Shown: positions 51,905 through 61,311 of the stretch, one piece after another | How the letters are laid out: the number at the start of each line of letters is the position of its first letter | How positions within the stretch are numbered: the stretch's first letter is position 1 | Assembly: GCA_038134595.1 (NCBI GenBank) | Contig: JAYPVM010000003.1 | Location: 42,131-106,130 of the forward strand | DNA length: 64,000 nucleotides | DNA from: Pseudomonadota bacterium | GTDB lineage: Bacteria; Bdellovibrionota_C; UBA2361; OMII01 | Direction of reading: 5' to 3' | Notes under the pieces: generated by a model | Seen by the model: only the letters and a program-made list of their open reading frames with translations | What the model was told of the DNA's origin: nothing | Databases searched by the model: none | Position numbers and translations under genes: made by a program

Positions 51905-53590
51905 GTGGCTGAAGAACTTTTTGGAAATACTCGCGGACTTTCAACCGTCGATAAAAGAGCGATTCAGAGATTGTTTGAACGTTCAGTTGATGCTCGGGAA
52001 ATCGTTTCGCTCGATCTGGCTCGAGAAATGGTTGCGCTTGCGGAGAAGGTGCGCAGGCGATTAGGAGTCTTGATAAATCGACAGGGTCGAATAGAGGCTG
52101 TGATGGTAGGGACCAAGGAGATTCTGTACCTTCCGGACCTTGGTCGGTATCGTTTGAGCCGTTCGCGCCTTCGAAATCTTCGATTTGTTTTCACCGATCT
52201 CTCGAAGCACCATTCGGAGGCGTATATTCCTTATGACATATTCGCCGATCTTGAGCGTCTTCGATTTGATATGGTGGTAAGTTTACGAGATGCCCCGAAT
52301 CGCATCTCAATGTCCTATGCCTATCTTGTTCCCGAAAAGGGCTTGGATACGGCACATTCTCAAACACAAGCAATTAAGGATCTCGGTGCGTATAAGGTCG
52401 ATTTTCTTGAACAGATTGACGCCATCGAACAAAGCCTTGCATCAGAGGTTGTTGTTTTAGACAGTGATGCGGTTGGCGCAGTGTTAGTGGGAGTATACGA
52501 ACCTGGCCGGGGAGATTATGAGGCTTCCCTAGCGGAATTGCGCGAATTAGCTCGAACTGCGGGTATTACAATTCTGGACGAGGTAGTTCAGAAACGGCGG
52601 ATTGATCCGAAGACCTTTATCGGTCGGGGTAAACTAGAAGAGATTGTTCTCCGGTGCCTTCGCATTGGAGGTGAGATGCTTATCTTCGACTCAGAGTTAA
52701 AGCCTTCGCAGTGGAGATCGATTATCAATTCGACTGAGTTGAAGGTGCTCGACCGTAGCATGCTTATTCTTGATATCTTCGCACAACGTGCTCGAAGTAG
52801 TGATGGCCGATTGCAAGTTGAGCTTGCGCAGTTAAAGTACAATTTGCCGAGGCTTGTGGAGAAGGATGGTGGGCTCTCCAGATTGTCGGGAGGTATTGGG
52901 GGACGAGGTCCGGGAGAGACGAAGCTAGAAGTAAGTAGGCGTCGCGTTAGAGATAGGATTACCGATTTGGAAAAGCGCCTGGGAAAAGTGCGTCAGTCTA
53001 GAGATTTTAGAAGGTCTCGGCGAAGGCAGAATCAGGTGCAGCTGATTTCGGTAGTAGGCTATACAAATGTTGGAAAGTCGACTCTGTTTAATGCTCTAAC
53101 GAAGGGTAGTGTTCTGGCCGAGGATAAATTGTTCGCCACGTTAGATCCGAGCCAGCGAAAGCTTTACGTCCCAGCTTGTAGTGTGCCAGATGATGAACAA
53201 TCTCCGTTGACTTTTGGAAGGACCGTGGTGCTAAGTGATACGGTAGGGTTTATCCGGTCTTTGCCGGTTGAGTTGGAGACGGCATTTAGAGCTACCTTAG
53301 AAGAGCTCTACGACGCAACTCTTTTGTTGCATGTTGTTGATGCATCAGACCCAGACACGGTAGAGAAGTATCGTGCAGTAAGGAGGATTTTAGATAGTAT
53401 GGATTTAGGCGATATCCCCGAATTGGTGGTTGCAAACAAGGTAGATCGATTGGAGCGCCCTGATGACTATTCGGGAGCTTTAGGAGTTCGAGCGATTGCT
53501 ATTTCTGCTCTGAAAAAAGATGGCTTTGAAGATCTATTGGCTGCGATCGATGAAAAGCTCCCTCTAGCATATCAAGCTAGTAATCTCTAG
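51905..53590 (+). CDS. hflX: GTPase HflX, long form
   Basis: LILDIFAQRA, GGRGPGETKLE, GYTNVGKST, LFATLDP, DTVGFI, NKVD. Confidence 0.97.
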   Translation: MAEELFGNTRGLSTVDKRAIQRLFERSVDAREIVSLDLAREMVALAEKVRRRLGVLINRQGRIEAVMVGTKEILYLPDLGRYRLSRSRLRNLRFVFTDLSKHHSEAYIPYDIFADLERLRFDMVVSLRDAPNRISMSYAYLVPEKGLDTAHSQTQAIKDLGAYKVDFLEQIDAIEQSLASEVVVLDSDAVGAVLVGVYEPGRGDYEASLAELRELARTAGITILDEVVQKRRIDPKTFIGRGKLEEIVLRCLRIGGEMLIFDSELKPSQWRSIINSTELKVLDRSMLILDIFAQRARSSDGRLQVELAQLKYNLPRLVEKDGGLSRLSGGIGGRGPGETKLEVSRRRVRDRITDLEKRLGKVRQSRDFRRSRRRQNQVQLISVVGYTNVGKSTLFNALTKGSVLAEDKLFATLDPSQRKLYVPACSVPDDEQSPLTFGRTVVLSDTVGFIRSLPVELETAFRATLEELYDATLLLHVVDASDPDTVEKYRAVRRILDSMDLGDIPELVVANKVDRLERPDDYSGALGVRAIAISALKKDGFEDLLAAIDEKLPLAYQASNL

Positions 53591-53677
53591 TTTGCTGGTG
53601 GCAGTGTTACTGACACTCGGTAAATCGAAAAATAGCTACATGAGTAACTGTCAGGCGCAGCACGTAGTTGTAATGCT

Positions 53678-54463
53678 CTAAGAGAAATCAAGCTGCATTC
53701 CATCGTATCCGAGAAAAACTCCAGGTGGAAGCCTCTTGCTTTCAGTGTCGTGGTCGAGATCGTGACCGATATGAGTTAAGACAGTTTTCTTAGCTCCCAA
53801 CGTTTGGGCTATTTCAATCGCTTCGGCAACAGTGTTGTGCGTATTGTGTGGCTCATGACGGAGTCCGTCGATAACAAGAGTGTCGATGCCAGTGAGTAGC
53901 TCTTTAGAACGTTTCGTTAAACCCTTGCAGTCTGTCGCATATCCCAGAGACCCGATTCGAAATCCTGTTACCGTGATGTGGCCGTGAGGTAGGGGAAAGG
54001 GCTCGATCGTAGTGTTGAAAAGCGAGAAAGAACGATCATTTGATATTGGAATAAACTCTAGTTGAGCCAAGAATCCACCCATGTAGTCGGCATGAGGAGT
54101 AACAAGATAGGGAAATGCTGACTTTATTCCGTCGATGGTTGCCGCGCTACCGAAACAGGGTATCGCACCACTATTAGAGAAATTGAATACTCGCAAGTCA
54201 TCGGTGCCGTAAATATGATCGGCGTGACTGTGTGTGTATAGGACGGCATCGACTTTATCTACAGCGTGATTTAAACATTGATGGCGAAGGTCTGGTCCTG
54301 CATCAATAAGAATAGCAGGGCCACTAGCTAAGCGAATAAGAGCTGAGGACCTGTTGCGAAAATTCTTTGGATCGTTAGAAGTGCATACCGAGCATCGGCA
54401 TCCTGGAATGGGGACCCCGGTTGATGTGCCTGTGCCGAGCAAAATACATGAGTGTTCTGACAT
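53678..54463 (-). CDS. metallo-beta-lactamase-fold hydrolase, PhnP-like
   Basis: LGTGTSTGVP..GC.C.VC, THSHADH, YATD, THIGH. Confidence 0.92.
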   Translation of the reverse strand: MSEHSCILLGTGTSTGVPIPGCRCSVCTSNDPKNFRNRSSALIRLASGPAILIDAGPDLRHQCLNHAVDKVDAVLYTHSHADHIYGTDDLRVFNFSNSGAIPCFGSAATIDGIKSAFPYLVTPHADYMGGFLAQLEFIPISNDRSFSLFNTTIEPFPLPHGHITVTGFRIGSLGYATDCKGLTKRSKELLTGIDTLVIDGLRHEPHNTHNTVAEAIEIAQTLGAKKTVLTHIGHDLDHDTESKRLPPGVFLGYDGMQLDFS

Positions 54464-54930
54464 TATGCGTTTTTTTTCTTGGCGTTAATGTATGACATTC
54501 GGAGAGAATGAAGCACCTCCTCCAAGAATCGCACCTCTTCTGAACTCAGATTGCCACGAGTACGAGTTTGAAGCATCGTTAAAATATCTATGGTTTGTCG
54601 AGCGGAATCGAGATCGCGCGGTATTTCCATGCCCGTTGGAGGGGGCATTTCTCCTAGTTGTACTAACACTTGGGTAGCGAGCGACATCACAAATGACGTA
54701 AAAGCTACAGGCTCATCCTGCTGGTCTGAGCTCTCTGTCATGGTAAAGCCTTGCTCTGTGGGCGTTTGTGGATTTGTTTTTTCGCGATCGGAATCTAGAG
54801 GTTTGTTTTCACTGCGAGACGGTTCTTTATCTGCCTCCTCACGTAAACTTCTTTCCTCTCCTGCGGAGTCAAATCTTCGCTTGTCTACAATTTGAAATCC
54901 CTTTTTTTCTTGTTGTGATTCCTCTGCCAT
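54463..54930 (-). CDS. DUF1844-like protein
   Basis: F..VDKRR N-terminus, FVMSLA...LG, ARQTID.L.ML..RTRGNL. Confidence 0.8.
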   Translation of the reverse strand: MAEESQQEKKGFQIVDKRRFDSAGEERSLREEADKEPSRSENKPLDSDREKTNPQTPTEQGFTMTESSDQQDEPVAFTSFVMSLATQVLVQLGEMPPPTGMEIPRDLDSARQTIDILTMLQTRTRGNLSSEEVRFLEEVLHSLRMSYINAKKKNA

Positions 54931-55345
54931 ATGGAGCTCCTACGTTTCTTTTCGAACAAAGTCTATCATCATCGTAGGTTAGGAAAAACTGTCTATCCTT
55001 TGTGTTGTTAAAAAACTGCCAACTGAGGGCGGCGGAGCTGCTTGAACCAAGCGGGGCGGACATATCAAAATTCTGACAGGGTGTCACAACATTGAACACT
55101 TCTAGAGAAAACCTCTAGCCGTTAACGCCCTGAATATATTACTTGCAACTTTTTTTTGGGATCCTGCATCGCGGTTTTAGCGGTGGCAAGGTTTTCGCAT
55201 GGAACAAAGGAAACTCGCGGCTTCGACGACACGCTCTTTGCAGCAGAATACACCGGTGAGAAACATCCCCGGAAGAAGATAAGTGCTTGATGTGTGGTGC
55301 CGAAGACTGAGGTCTTGCTAAGGAAGGTTTTTGATAGAGGTGCAT

Positions 55346-55978
55346 ATGGCGGTCAAAAAGAGTGATTTAGATCTGGTTAAAGAGGTTCGCAAGGGTAATC
55401 AAGATAGCTTCGAGGAGCTCCTGGGACGGTACAATACCAAAGTATACAGTTTAGCTACACGCTTGACACGAAACCCGGAGGATGCAGAAGAGGTCTTGCA
55501 AGATGTATTTATAACGGTACATCGAAAAATTGACAGTTTTGAGGGAAAATCTTCGTTCTCAAGTTGGTTGTATCGGGTGACCGCCAATGCAGCGTTTATG
55601 AAATTACGAAAGCGAAGACAGCATCAAAGTGTCTCCCTTGAGGATCTTCTCGGACAACCCCAAATCGTTAGTGCTCTCAGAACATCTGAGAACACATATG
55701 TAGATGCCCAGAGTATTCGCAATGAAATGCTGACAGCGCTCGAGCTCGCCATTAGTAAGCTTCCTGATGAATATCGACCGGTTTTCATATTGCGTGATGT
55801 CGATGGATTAACAAGCAAGGAGGTGGGAAAGATTTTGGACTTAACGGTTCCAGCAGTTAAGTCAAGATTACACCGTTCTCGATTGATGCTCCGTCGTCGC
55901 CTGGCTCGGTTTATTGACGATCAGCGGGTTCAAAATGCACATGACGCACTGGACCTTGACCTAATATCAGGGGAGTAG
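55346..55978 (+). CDS. ECF sigma factor (RpoE/SigW-like)
   Basis: DAEEVLQDVF, FSSWLYRV, LPDEYR, VKSRLHRSR; GAGG RBS. Confidence 0.95.
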   Translation: MAVKKSDLDLVKEVRKGNQDSFEELLGRYNTKVYSLATRLTRNPEDAEEVLQDVFITVHRKIDSFEGKSSFSSWLYRVTANAAFMKLRKRRQHQSVSLEDLLGQPQIVSALRTSENTYVDAQSIRNEMLTALELAISKLPDEYRPVFILRDVDGLTSKEVGKILDLTVPAVKSRLHRSRLMLRRRLARFIDDQRVQNAHDALDLDLISGE

Positions 55979-56422
55979 GTTTGGCGCGAAGGTTAGGTGT
56001 GACCATGGTCGAAGATAGAGATTGAATCAGGCCAAGTATTTTCTCATGGTTGGCAATTGTAAGACTCCGCGAAGAGCAGATGGCGCTTGTAATATCTCAT
56101 GGCGTCACGCTTCTCGAACAGGAATAATCAGATTGTAGCAAACCGTTAAAGAACCCAGAGAAGTGGGATCCTAGTTGTCGCTTTTCATAAAATCAGATCT
56201 TTGGATTTCTGCCGCTATAGAAGGTAGATAGTGTAAAGATTGTATTTGCACGTGAGTTAGAGTGCGCACTGTGGGGTCTTTTGTTCGCGTCTAGCCGGTT
56301 TTCTTACAAGCCCCCGGACTTTTAGCGTTTTATCGACTTCTTGGCAGAGGTTTTCCTCTCTGGGTTACGAATTTTATACCAGCCTCTTTTCGTAGATAAC
56401 TCCTCGGTGTAGGGTTGGTGCC

Positions 56423-57361
56423 ATGGAAGATCGCTGCAGAATATTGGATCAGGTATCGGTAAGGGGTATTCGCCGATGGAGATTTGTGCCCCCGTGTATT
56501 GGTATATTGTGTAGCATCTGGATAGGGATTACCGGATGTCAAAGCCCAAAACCTAGTTATCCCCCCATTCACGATTTAAACTCGCAATCGCAGTTGCAGC
56601 GGGGGCGAGACCTTGTTGAAGGGTTTGCTGCATGTGGATTTTGCCATTCTGTAGATGGACAGCCCCAACGGCCGCTGAGCGGTGGACGTGTATTTCGAGA
56701 TGCTTACGGTACAATTCAACCTGGAAATATTACTATAGATAAGGGTGGCATTGGGGAGTGGGGGTTGCGGTCAGTCAGAGATGTTTTTCGCGAGGCAAAA
56801 AGACCAGATGGTTCAACACTTGCCCCTCATGCTCACAAAGGATTTGAATGGATGTCGGATCGGGATGTTGATGGTATCACGGCGTATTTGAGACACCTGC
56901 CGGGAGAGAAATCCAATGTCTCTCGGCGGACCATATCTTTTTGGAATCGAAATATACGGGGTTTTTGGGAGACATTAGGTGAGGTAAAAGGCTACATTCC
57001 CGCAACTTCTCAACAACATAATGTGGAATATGGCAGGTACCTAGTTGATAACGTGGCTCGATGTGGCGCGTGTCACAATAGGCCTAGCGGTCTTTTTTCA
57101 TCTGAAAAATACTTAGAGGGAGGAAAAGAGATCTCTATTAATGGTGACTTTCGTTTTGCGCCGAACATTTCGCAGTCTACAACTGGTGGAATCGGGGCAT
57201 GGACAGAGCAGGAGATGTATAGATTTCTCAAAACTGGACAGACTCCAGAGGGACAAGATGTTAGCTCTAAGTATTGTCCGGTCTCATTTTACGCGCAGGC
57301 TCCAGAGGATGATATCCAGGCGGTTGTGTCCTATTTGCGGACTGTCAAGGGAGACAGCTGA
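56423..57361 (+). CDS. di-heme cytochrome c, probable lipoprotein
   Basis: CGFCH and CGACH, repeated P.NI....GIG.W modules, ITGC lipobox; start uncertain. Confidence 0.85.
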   Translation: MEDRCRILDQVSVRGIRRWRFVPPCIGILCSIWIGITGCQSPKPSYPPIHDLNSQSQLQRGRDLVEGFAACGFCHSVDGQPQRPLSGGRVFRDAYGTIQPGNITIDKGGIGEWGLRSVRDVFREAKRPDGSTLAPHAHKGFEWMSDRDVDGITAYLRHLPGEKSNVSRRTISFWNRNIRGFWETLGEVKGYIPATSQQHNVEYGRYLVDNVARCGACHNRPSGLFSSEKYLEGGKEISINGDFRFAPNISQSTTGGIGAWTEQEMYRFLKTGQTPEGQDVSSKYCPVSFYAQAPEDDIQAVVSYLRTVKGDS

Positions 57362-57367
57362 CGAGGT

Positions 57368-58393
57368 ATGCTTGTTCTTGGAATTGAATCGAGTTGTGAC
57401 GAAACGGGCTTGGCTCTTTTAAGAGTTGAAGTAGACAGTGCCCCGATATTAGTGGGAGAGGTGTTGTCGTCGCAGGTAGCGCTGCATGAGAAGTATGGAG
57501 GAGTCGTCCCGGAATTAGCATCACGGGAGCATTTAAAAAACCTTCCGATTTTATTTGAAGAACTATTGGATAGAACCAATTGTGCTATTGAAGATATTGA
57601 TGTCATCGGTGTGACGTGTGGCCCTGGTTTAAAGGGTTGTCTGTTGGTCGGTGTTACGTTTGCCCAGGGTCTATCAAGTTCGAGTGGTATTCCAATAGTA
57701 GCCGTCAATCATATTGAGGGGCACATCCTCAGTGCTCAGATGCATTATCCGGACCTTCGGCCACCCTACTTGGCACTGGTGGTTTCAGGAGGGCACACTG
57801 AAATTATTTTGGTTGAGGCCATTGGGCAGTATCGTTGCATCTGTCGAACTCAAGATGATGCTGCTGGAGAGGCGTTTGATAAATCGGCCAATCTGATGGG
57901 ATTGGGATATCCAGGTGGGGTTGATCTAGCAAACTTAGCAGATGCATTTTTAGGCAAGTCTCGTTTTACGCTTCCGCGTGTTGCCCGAGAGATTGAATCG
58001 TTTAGCTTTTCTGGTCTCAAAACAGCGATAGCTTCATTGGTTAGGAAGGAAGTTATAGCATTACAAGATCATAATGAGAGAGCCGAAATTGCATGGACTA
58101 TTCAGGATTCGATTGTTGATGCATTGCTTTACAAAACAAGGAAAGCACTCGATTTGTATGATGTCCCTCTAGTTATCTGTGGTGGTGTGTCAGCTAACCA
58201 AGAGCTTCAGCGACGGTTGCGGCAACTTTGTGCTAATGTATTTGTCCCACCGTTAAAGCACTGTGTTGATAATGGTGCAATGATTGCCTATGCGGCCGCG
58301 TGTCATATTATAGAAGGACATAGTTACGGGCATCTTGATATCCATAGTCGATGGCCAGTAGAGATGTTGAAAGATTTTTATGGTTTGAGTTGA
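57368..58393 (+). CDS. tsaD: tRNA threonylcarbamoyltransferase TsaD
   Basis: GIESSCDET, GGVVPELASR, HIEGH, SGGHT, DDAAGEAFDK, DNGAMIA. Confidence 0.98.
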   Translation: MLVLGIESSCDETGLALLRVEVDSAPILVGEVLSSQVALHEKYGGVVPELASREHLKNLPILFEELLDRTNCAIEDIDVIGVTCGPGLKGCLLVGVTFAQGLSSSSGIPIVAVNHIEGHILSAQMHYPDLRPPYLALVVSGGHTEIILVEAIGQYRCICRTQDDAAGEAFDKSANLMGLGYPGGVDLANLADAFLGKSRFTLPRVAREIESFSFSGLKTAIASLVRKEVIALQDHNERAEIAWTIQDSIVDALLYKTRKALDLYDVPLVICGGVSANQELQRRLRQLCANVFVPPLKHCVDNGAMIAYAAACHIIEGHSYGHLDIHSRWPVEMLKDFYGLS

Positions 58394-58396
58394 GTA

Positions 58397-59233
58397 ATGC
58401 ATAAACGACGAAAGGTTCCTGGAAGTACAAAACGGACATTAACTTCGTTGGGGGTGCGCCCCTCAAAGGAAAGAGGACAGAACTTTCTGATACGCCCCGA
58501 ATATATTGAGGCGATCGTAGGTTTTGGAGAGATGCCGGAGAATTGTCAGGTCGTTGAGATAGGTCCGGGTACCGGTGCTTTGACAGAAAAGCTTTATGGA
58601 ACAGGGAATCTTTCGGTTGTTGAAATAGAAAGTAAGTTTTGTGAGATGCTGAAGGATAAGTTTCCTGGGATCCGTGTTTTTAACGAGGATGCCAGAGGGT
58701 TTGACTTTTCTAGCATCGGGAAGAATCTTTTTGTATTTGGAAATATACCGTATGTATTTTCGACAGAGATTATTTTTCAGTTAGTGAAACATCGGACCTC
58801 AATCTCGCACGTGGTCTTAATGGTGCAGAAAGAATTTGCACAAAGAATAGCGGCGCAGCCGGGTGGGCGGCAGTATGGTAGTCTTTCGGTGGCGGTTCAA
58901 ATGTATGCTGATGTGTCGTTGGGGCCTATCGTTCCAGGGACCGCATTTCATCCTCCTACGGCCGTGGAGTCTCAGGTGATAAAGCTGTCATTCCTGTCTG
59001 AGCCACGCGTTGCCATATCGGATGAGGTTAGTTTTGAGGTGCTCGTAAGAGCGGCCTTTGCACAGAGGCGCAAAAAAGTAATTAACAGTCTTCTTTCGAA
59101 AGGAATCTGGAGTCGAGAAGAAATTCAGGAGGCGTTTGACCGTGTTCTAGTGAGTACAGATCTTCGAGCCGAGCGGATAACAATCGAGGAGTTTGCGCAG
59201 TTGTCGGAGCATCTTAAGAAAAGCATGAAATAG
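58397..59233 (+). CDS. rsmA: 16S rRNA dimethyladenosine transferase
   Basis: GQNFL, EIGPGTG, GNIPY, MVQKE, FAQRRK, RAE. Confidence 0.97.
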   Translation: MHKRRKVPGSTKRTLTSLGVRPSKERGQNFLIRPEYIEAIVGFGEMPENCQVVEIGPGTGALTEKLYGTGNLSVVEIESKFCEMLKDKFPGIRVFNEDARGFDFSSIGKNLFVFGNIPYVFSTEIIFQLVKHRTSISHVVLMVQKEFAQRIAAQPGGRQYGSLSVAVQMYADVSLGPIVPGTAFHPPTAVESQVIKLSFLSEPRVAISDEVSFEVLVRAAFAQRRKKVINSLLSKGIWSREEIQEAFDRVLVSTDLRAERITIEEFAQLSEHLKKSMK

Positions 59234-59273
59234 CTTAGTGCTATGTTGGTGCCCGTTTTTTGATATCGCATTC

Positions 59274-59306
59274 ATCGCAGGCTTCGGAAGCGCCGTAGCC
59301 TGCGAT
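59274..59306. terminator. hairpin between convergent genes, candidate terminator
   Basis: ATCGCAGGCT ... AGCCTGCGAT perfect 10-bp stem; no strong U-tract. Confidence 0.55.
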
Positions 59307-59332
59307 AAACTAACGGTACGAATAAAACGCCT

Positions 59333-59581
59333 TTAGCTTGCTAAAAGCACTTCATTTACCGTATCCGCATTTGATGATTTTTTTGCCTTTTTAAAGAAAT
59401 CCTCAGGAATCTCCCCGATTAGCTTCTCTATTGATTCTCGCTTGACGCGCCAATCAGAGCCTAGTTTAAAGCCATCGATAGTGCCGGCCTTGATAAGATC
59501 GTAGACCTTTGGTCTGTGTATGCGAAGCAGGGTGGCTACCTCTTTTACTGTAAGCAATAGTGGGTCTTGTGTTTTAGTCAT
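59333..59581 (-). CDS. excisionase-like helix-turn-helix protein (HTH_17)
   Basis: LLTVKEVATLLRI....VYDLIK.G.I.GFKLG..WRV. Confidence 0.88.
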   Translation of the reverse strand: MTKTQDPLLLTVKEVATLLRIHRPKVYDLIKAGTIDGFKLGSDWRVKRESIEKLIGEIPEDFFKKAKKSSNADTVNEVLLAS

Positions 59582-59893
59582 GGTGTTAATCCTTACCGTT
59601 TTTATCTACATTTCGAGGAGGTCATAGTGTAGCGACGCCCGCTTGAGAGTCGCCTTATAGTCCTACTCAGTACGTGAATGGGTATGCTGTGTGTTTCAGA
59701 TGGTGTGACTTTATTCGGGCAGAACTAGTAAATTTGGGGATATTTAGGTTGTTTTTGGTTTGTTGGTGCTATTAGCGGGTGTGGTTTATAGCTTAGTGAT
59801 TTCAATAGATTGCTGTTTTCGCTTGCCGATGGTAAGCTCTCGGGTCGTGTGCAAGCATTTAAAAATATTACACTTGTTTGGTGGGCTTAAACT

Positions 59894-61159
59894 ATGACAC
59901 CGGCCTCGCCTCGTCTATGTTTTGTCGTTCCCCGTTTTTTTGAGGGATTAGCGGGCGGTGCAGAGACATTACTCAGTAATTTGGCTGTTCAAGCTGCAAG
60001 CCGCGGCTGTAATGTCGAGTTACTAGCGACTTGTGCGAGAGATAATCGTACATGGGAAAATGTTTTTTCTCCCGGTGAAGAGCGCTACAAAGGGGTTCGG
60101 TTGCATCGGTTTCCAGTCGATTCTCGGAACTTGGATGAATGGATACCGATTCAATCTGCCATTCATGATGGACAAAGTGTGCCGTATGATGATCAGTTGC
60201 GTTGGATGCAGGAAAGCGTTAACTCGAGGGCGATGTATCAATACATCGCAGAGAATCAAAGCCGCTTTGATGCGATTATACTTGGTCCGTATTTGTTCGG
60301 CACTACCTTTTGGGGATCTCAGATAGCCCCACACAAAAGTATTTTAGTTCCATGTTTGCATGACGAACCGTACGCATATCTTGAGATCATAGCGACGATG
60401 TTTCGGTCGGTTAGCGGATGTATTTTTAACGCCTTACCGGAACAGCAGTTGGCTTGTGCTTTATACGGAAGTGTAGACGGTGGAGTGGTAGGTATGGGTT
60501 TTGAACCTTTGCCTGATCAGACTGGTATTGCTAGCCGGTATTTTGAAAACGATTTTCCATATGTGCTGTATTTGGGGAGGAAAGAAACGGGCAAGAATGT
60601 ACATTTGCTTGTGGATTATTTTTGCGAAGGCAAGGACAGAGGAGTGATTCCAGATTCTTGCAAGCTTGTTGTGCTCGGGGGTGGTAGTTTTGATGATTTA
60701 CATCGGCAAGATGCACTGAGCCGGAGTGATGTTATTGACTTGCCACATGTGTCAGAGGAAGAAAAGGAGCGGATTATCGCTGGAGCACTCTGTATGTGTC
60801 AGCCTTCGTGTAATGAATCGTTTTCCATCGTTTTGATGGAGTCATGGCAGAAACGAGTGCCGGTTGTAGTGCATGCTGAGTGCCCCGTTACGAGGTCTCA
60901 TGTTGAGGAATCCGCGGGAGGATTGTATTTTGGATCGCCTTTTGAGTTTGCTGGCGTAGTGACGTATCTACTTGAGCGCTCTCAAGAGAGGCGTGTGATG
61001 GGAGATGCTGGATTTCGTTACGTCAAAGACCGATATTCTTGGGATAGTGTAATGGAGCGATTTTCAGACACGCTTTGTGACTTGATTCCGTCGTTGGCAG
61101 TATCTAACAGGCAATGCAAGCAAACCAATGGTTGTGATCGCGGGAACTCTCTCCCATAA
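59894..61159 (+). CDS. glycosyltransferase family 4
   Basis: GGAE, YLGRKETGK, ESFSIVLMESW. Confidence 0.9.
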   Translation: MTPASPRLCFVVPRFFEGLAGGAETLLSNLAVQAASRGCNVELLATCARDNRTWENVFSPGEERYKGVRLHRFPVDSRNLDEWIPIQSAIHDGQSVPYDDQLRWMQESVNSRAMYQYIAENQSRFDAIILGPYLFGTTFWGSQIAPHKSILVPCLHDEPYAYLEIIATMFRSVSGCIFNALPEQQLACALYGSVDGGVVGMGFEPLPDQTGIASRYFENDFPYVLYLGRKETGKNVHLLVDYFCEGKDRGVIPDSCKLVVLGGGSFDDLHRQDALSRSDVIDLPHVSEEEKERIIAGALCMCQPSCNESFSIVLMESWQKRVPVVVHAECPVTRSHVEESAGGLYFGSPFEFAGVVTYLLERSQERRVMGDAGFRYVKDRYSWDSVMERFSDTLCDLIPSLAVSNRQCKQTNGCDRGNSLP

Positions 61160-61211
61160 ATGTATCGAGTCAGAGTTGCTCGTGTTCCCTCTTTATGATA
61201 CATCCTCTCAG

Positions 61212-61307
61212 ATAACCCCGGGGGAGGTGCGAAAAGCACCTGAGACGCCGTTAACTATCGGCGAAACCCTTTGAACCTGAATCGGATAATGCCGTCGTAG
61301 GGAGAGG
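61212..61307 (+). promoter_or_regulatory. TPP (thiamine pyrophosphate) riboswitch
   Basis: GGGG-AGGTGC/GCACC-TGAGA...ACCCTTTGAACCTGA-ATCGGATAATGCCG-TCGTAGGGA THI-box core immediately before a TonB receptor. Confidence 0.93.
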
Positions 61308-61311
61308 AACA

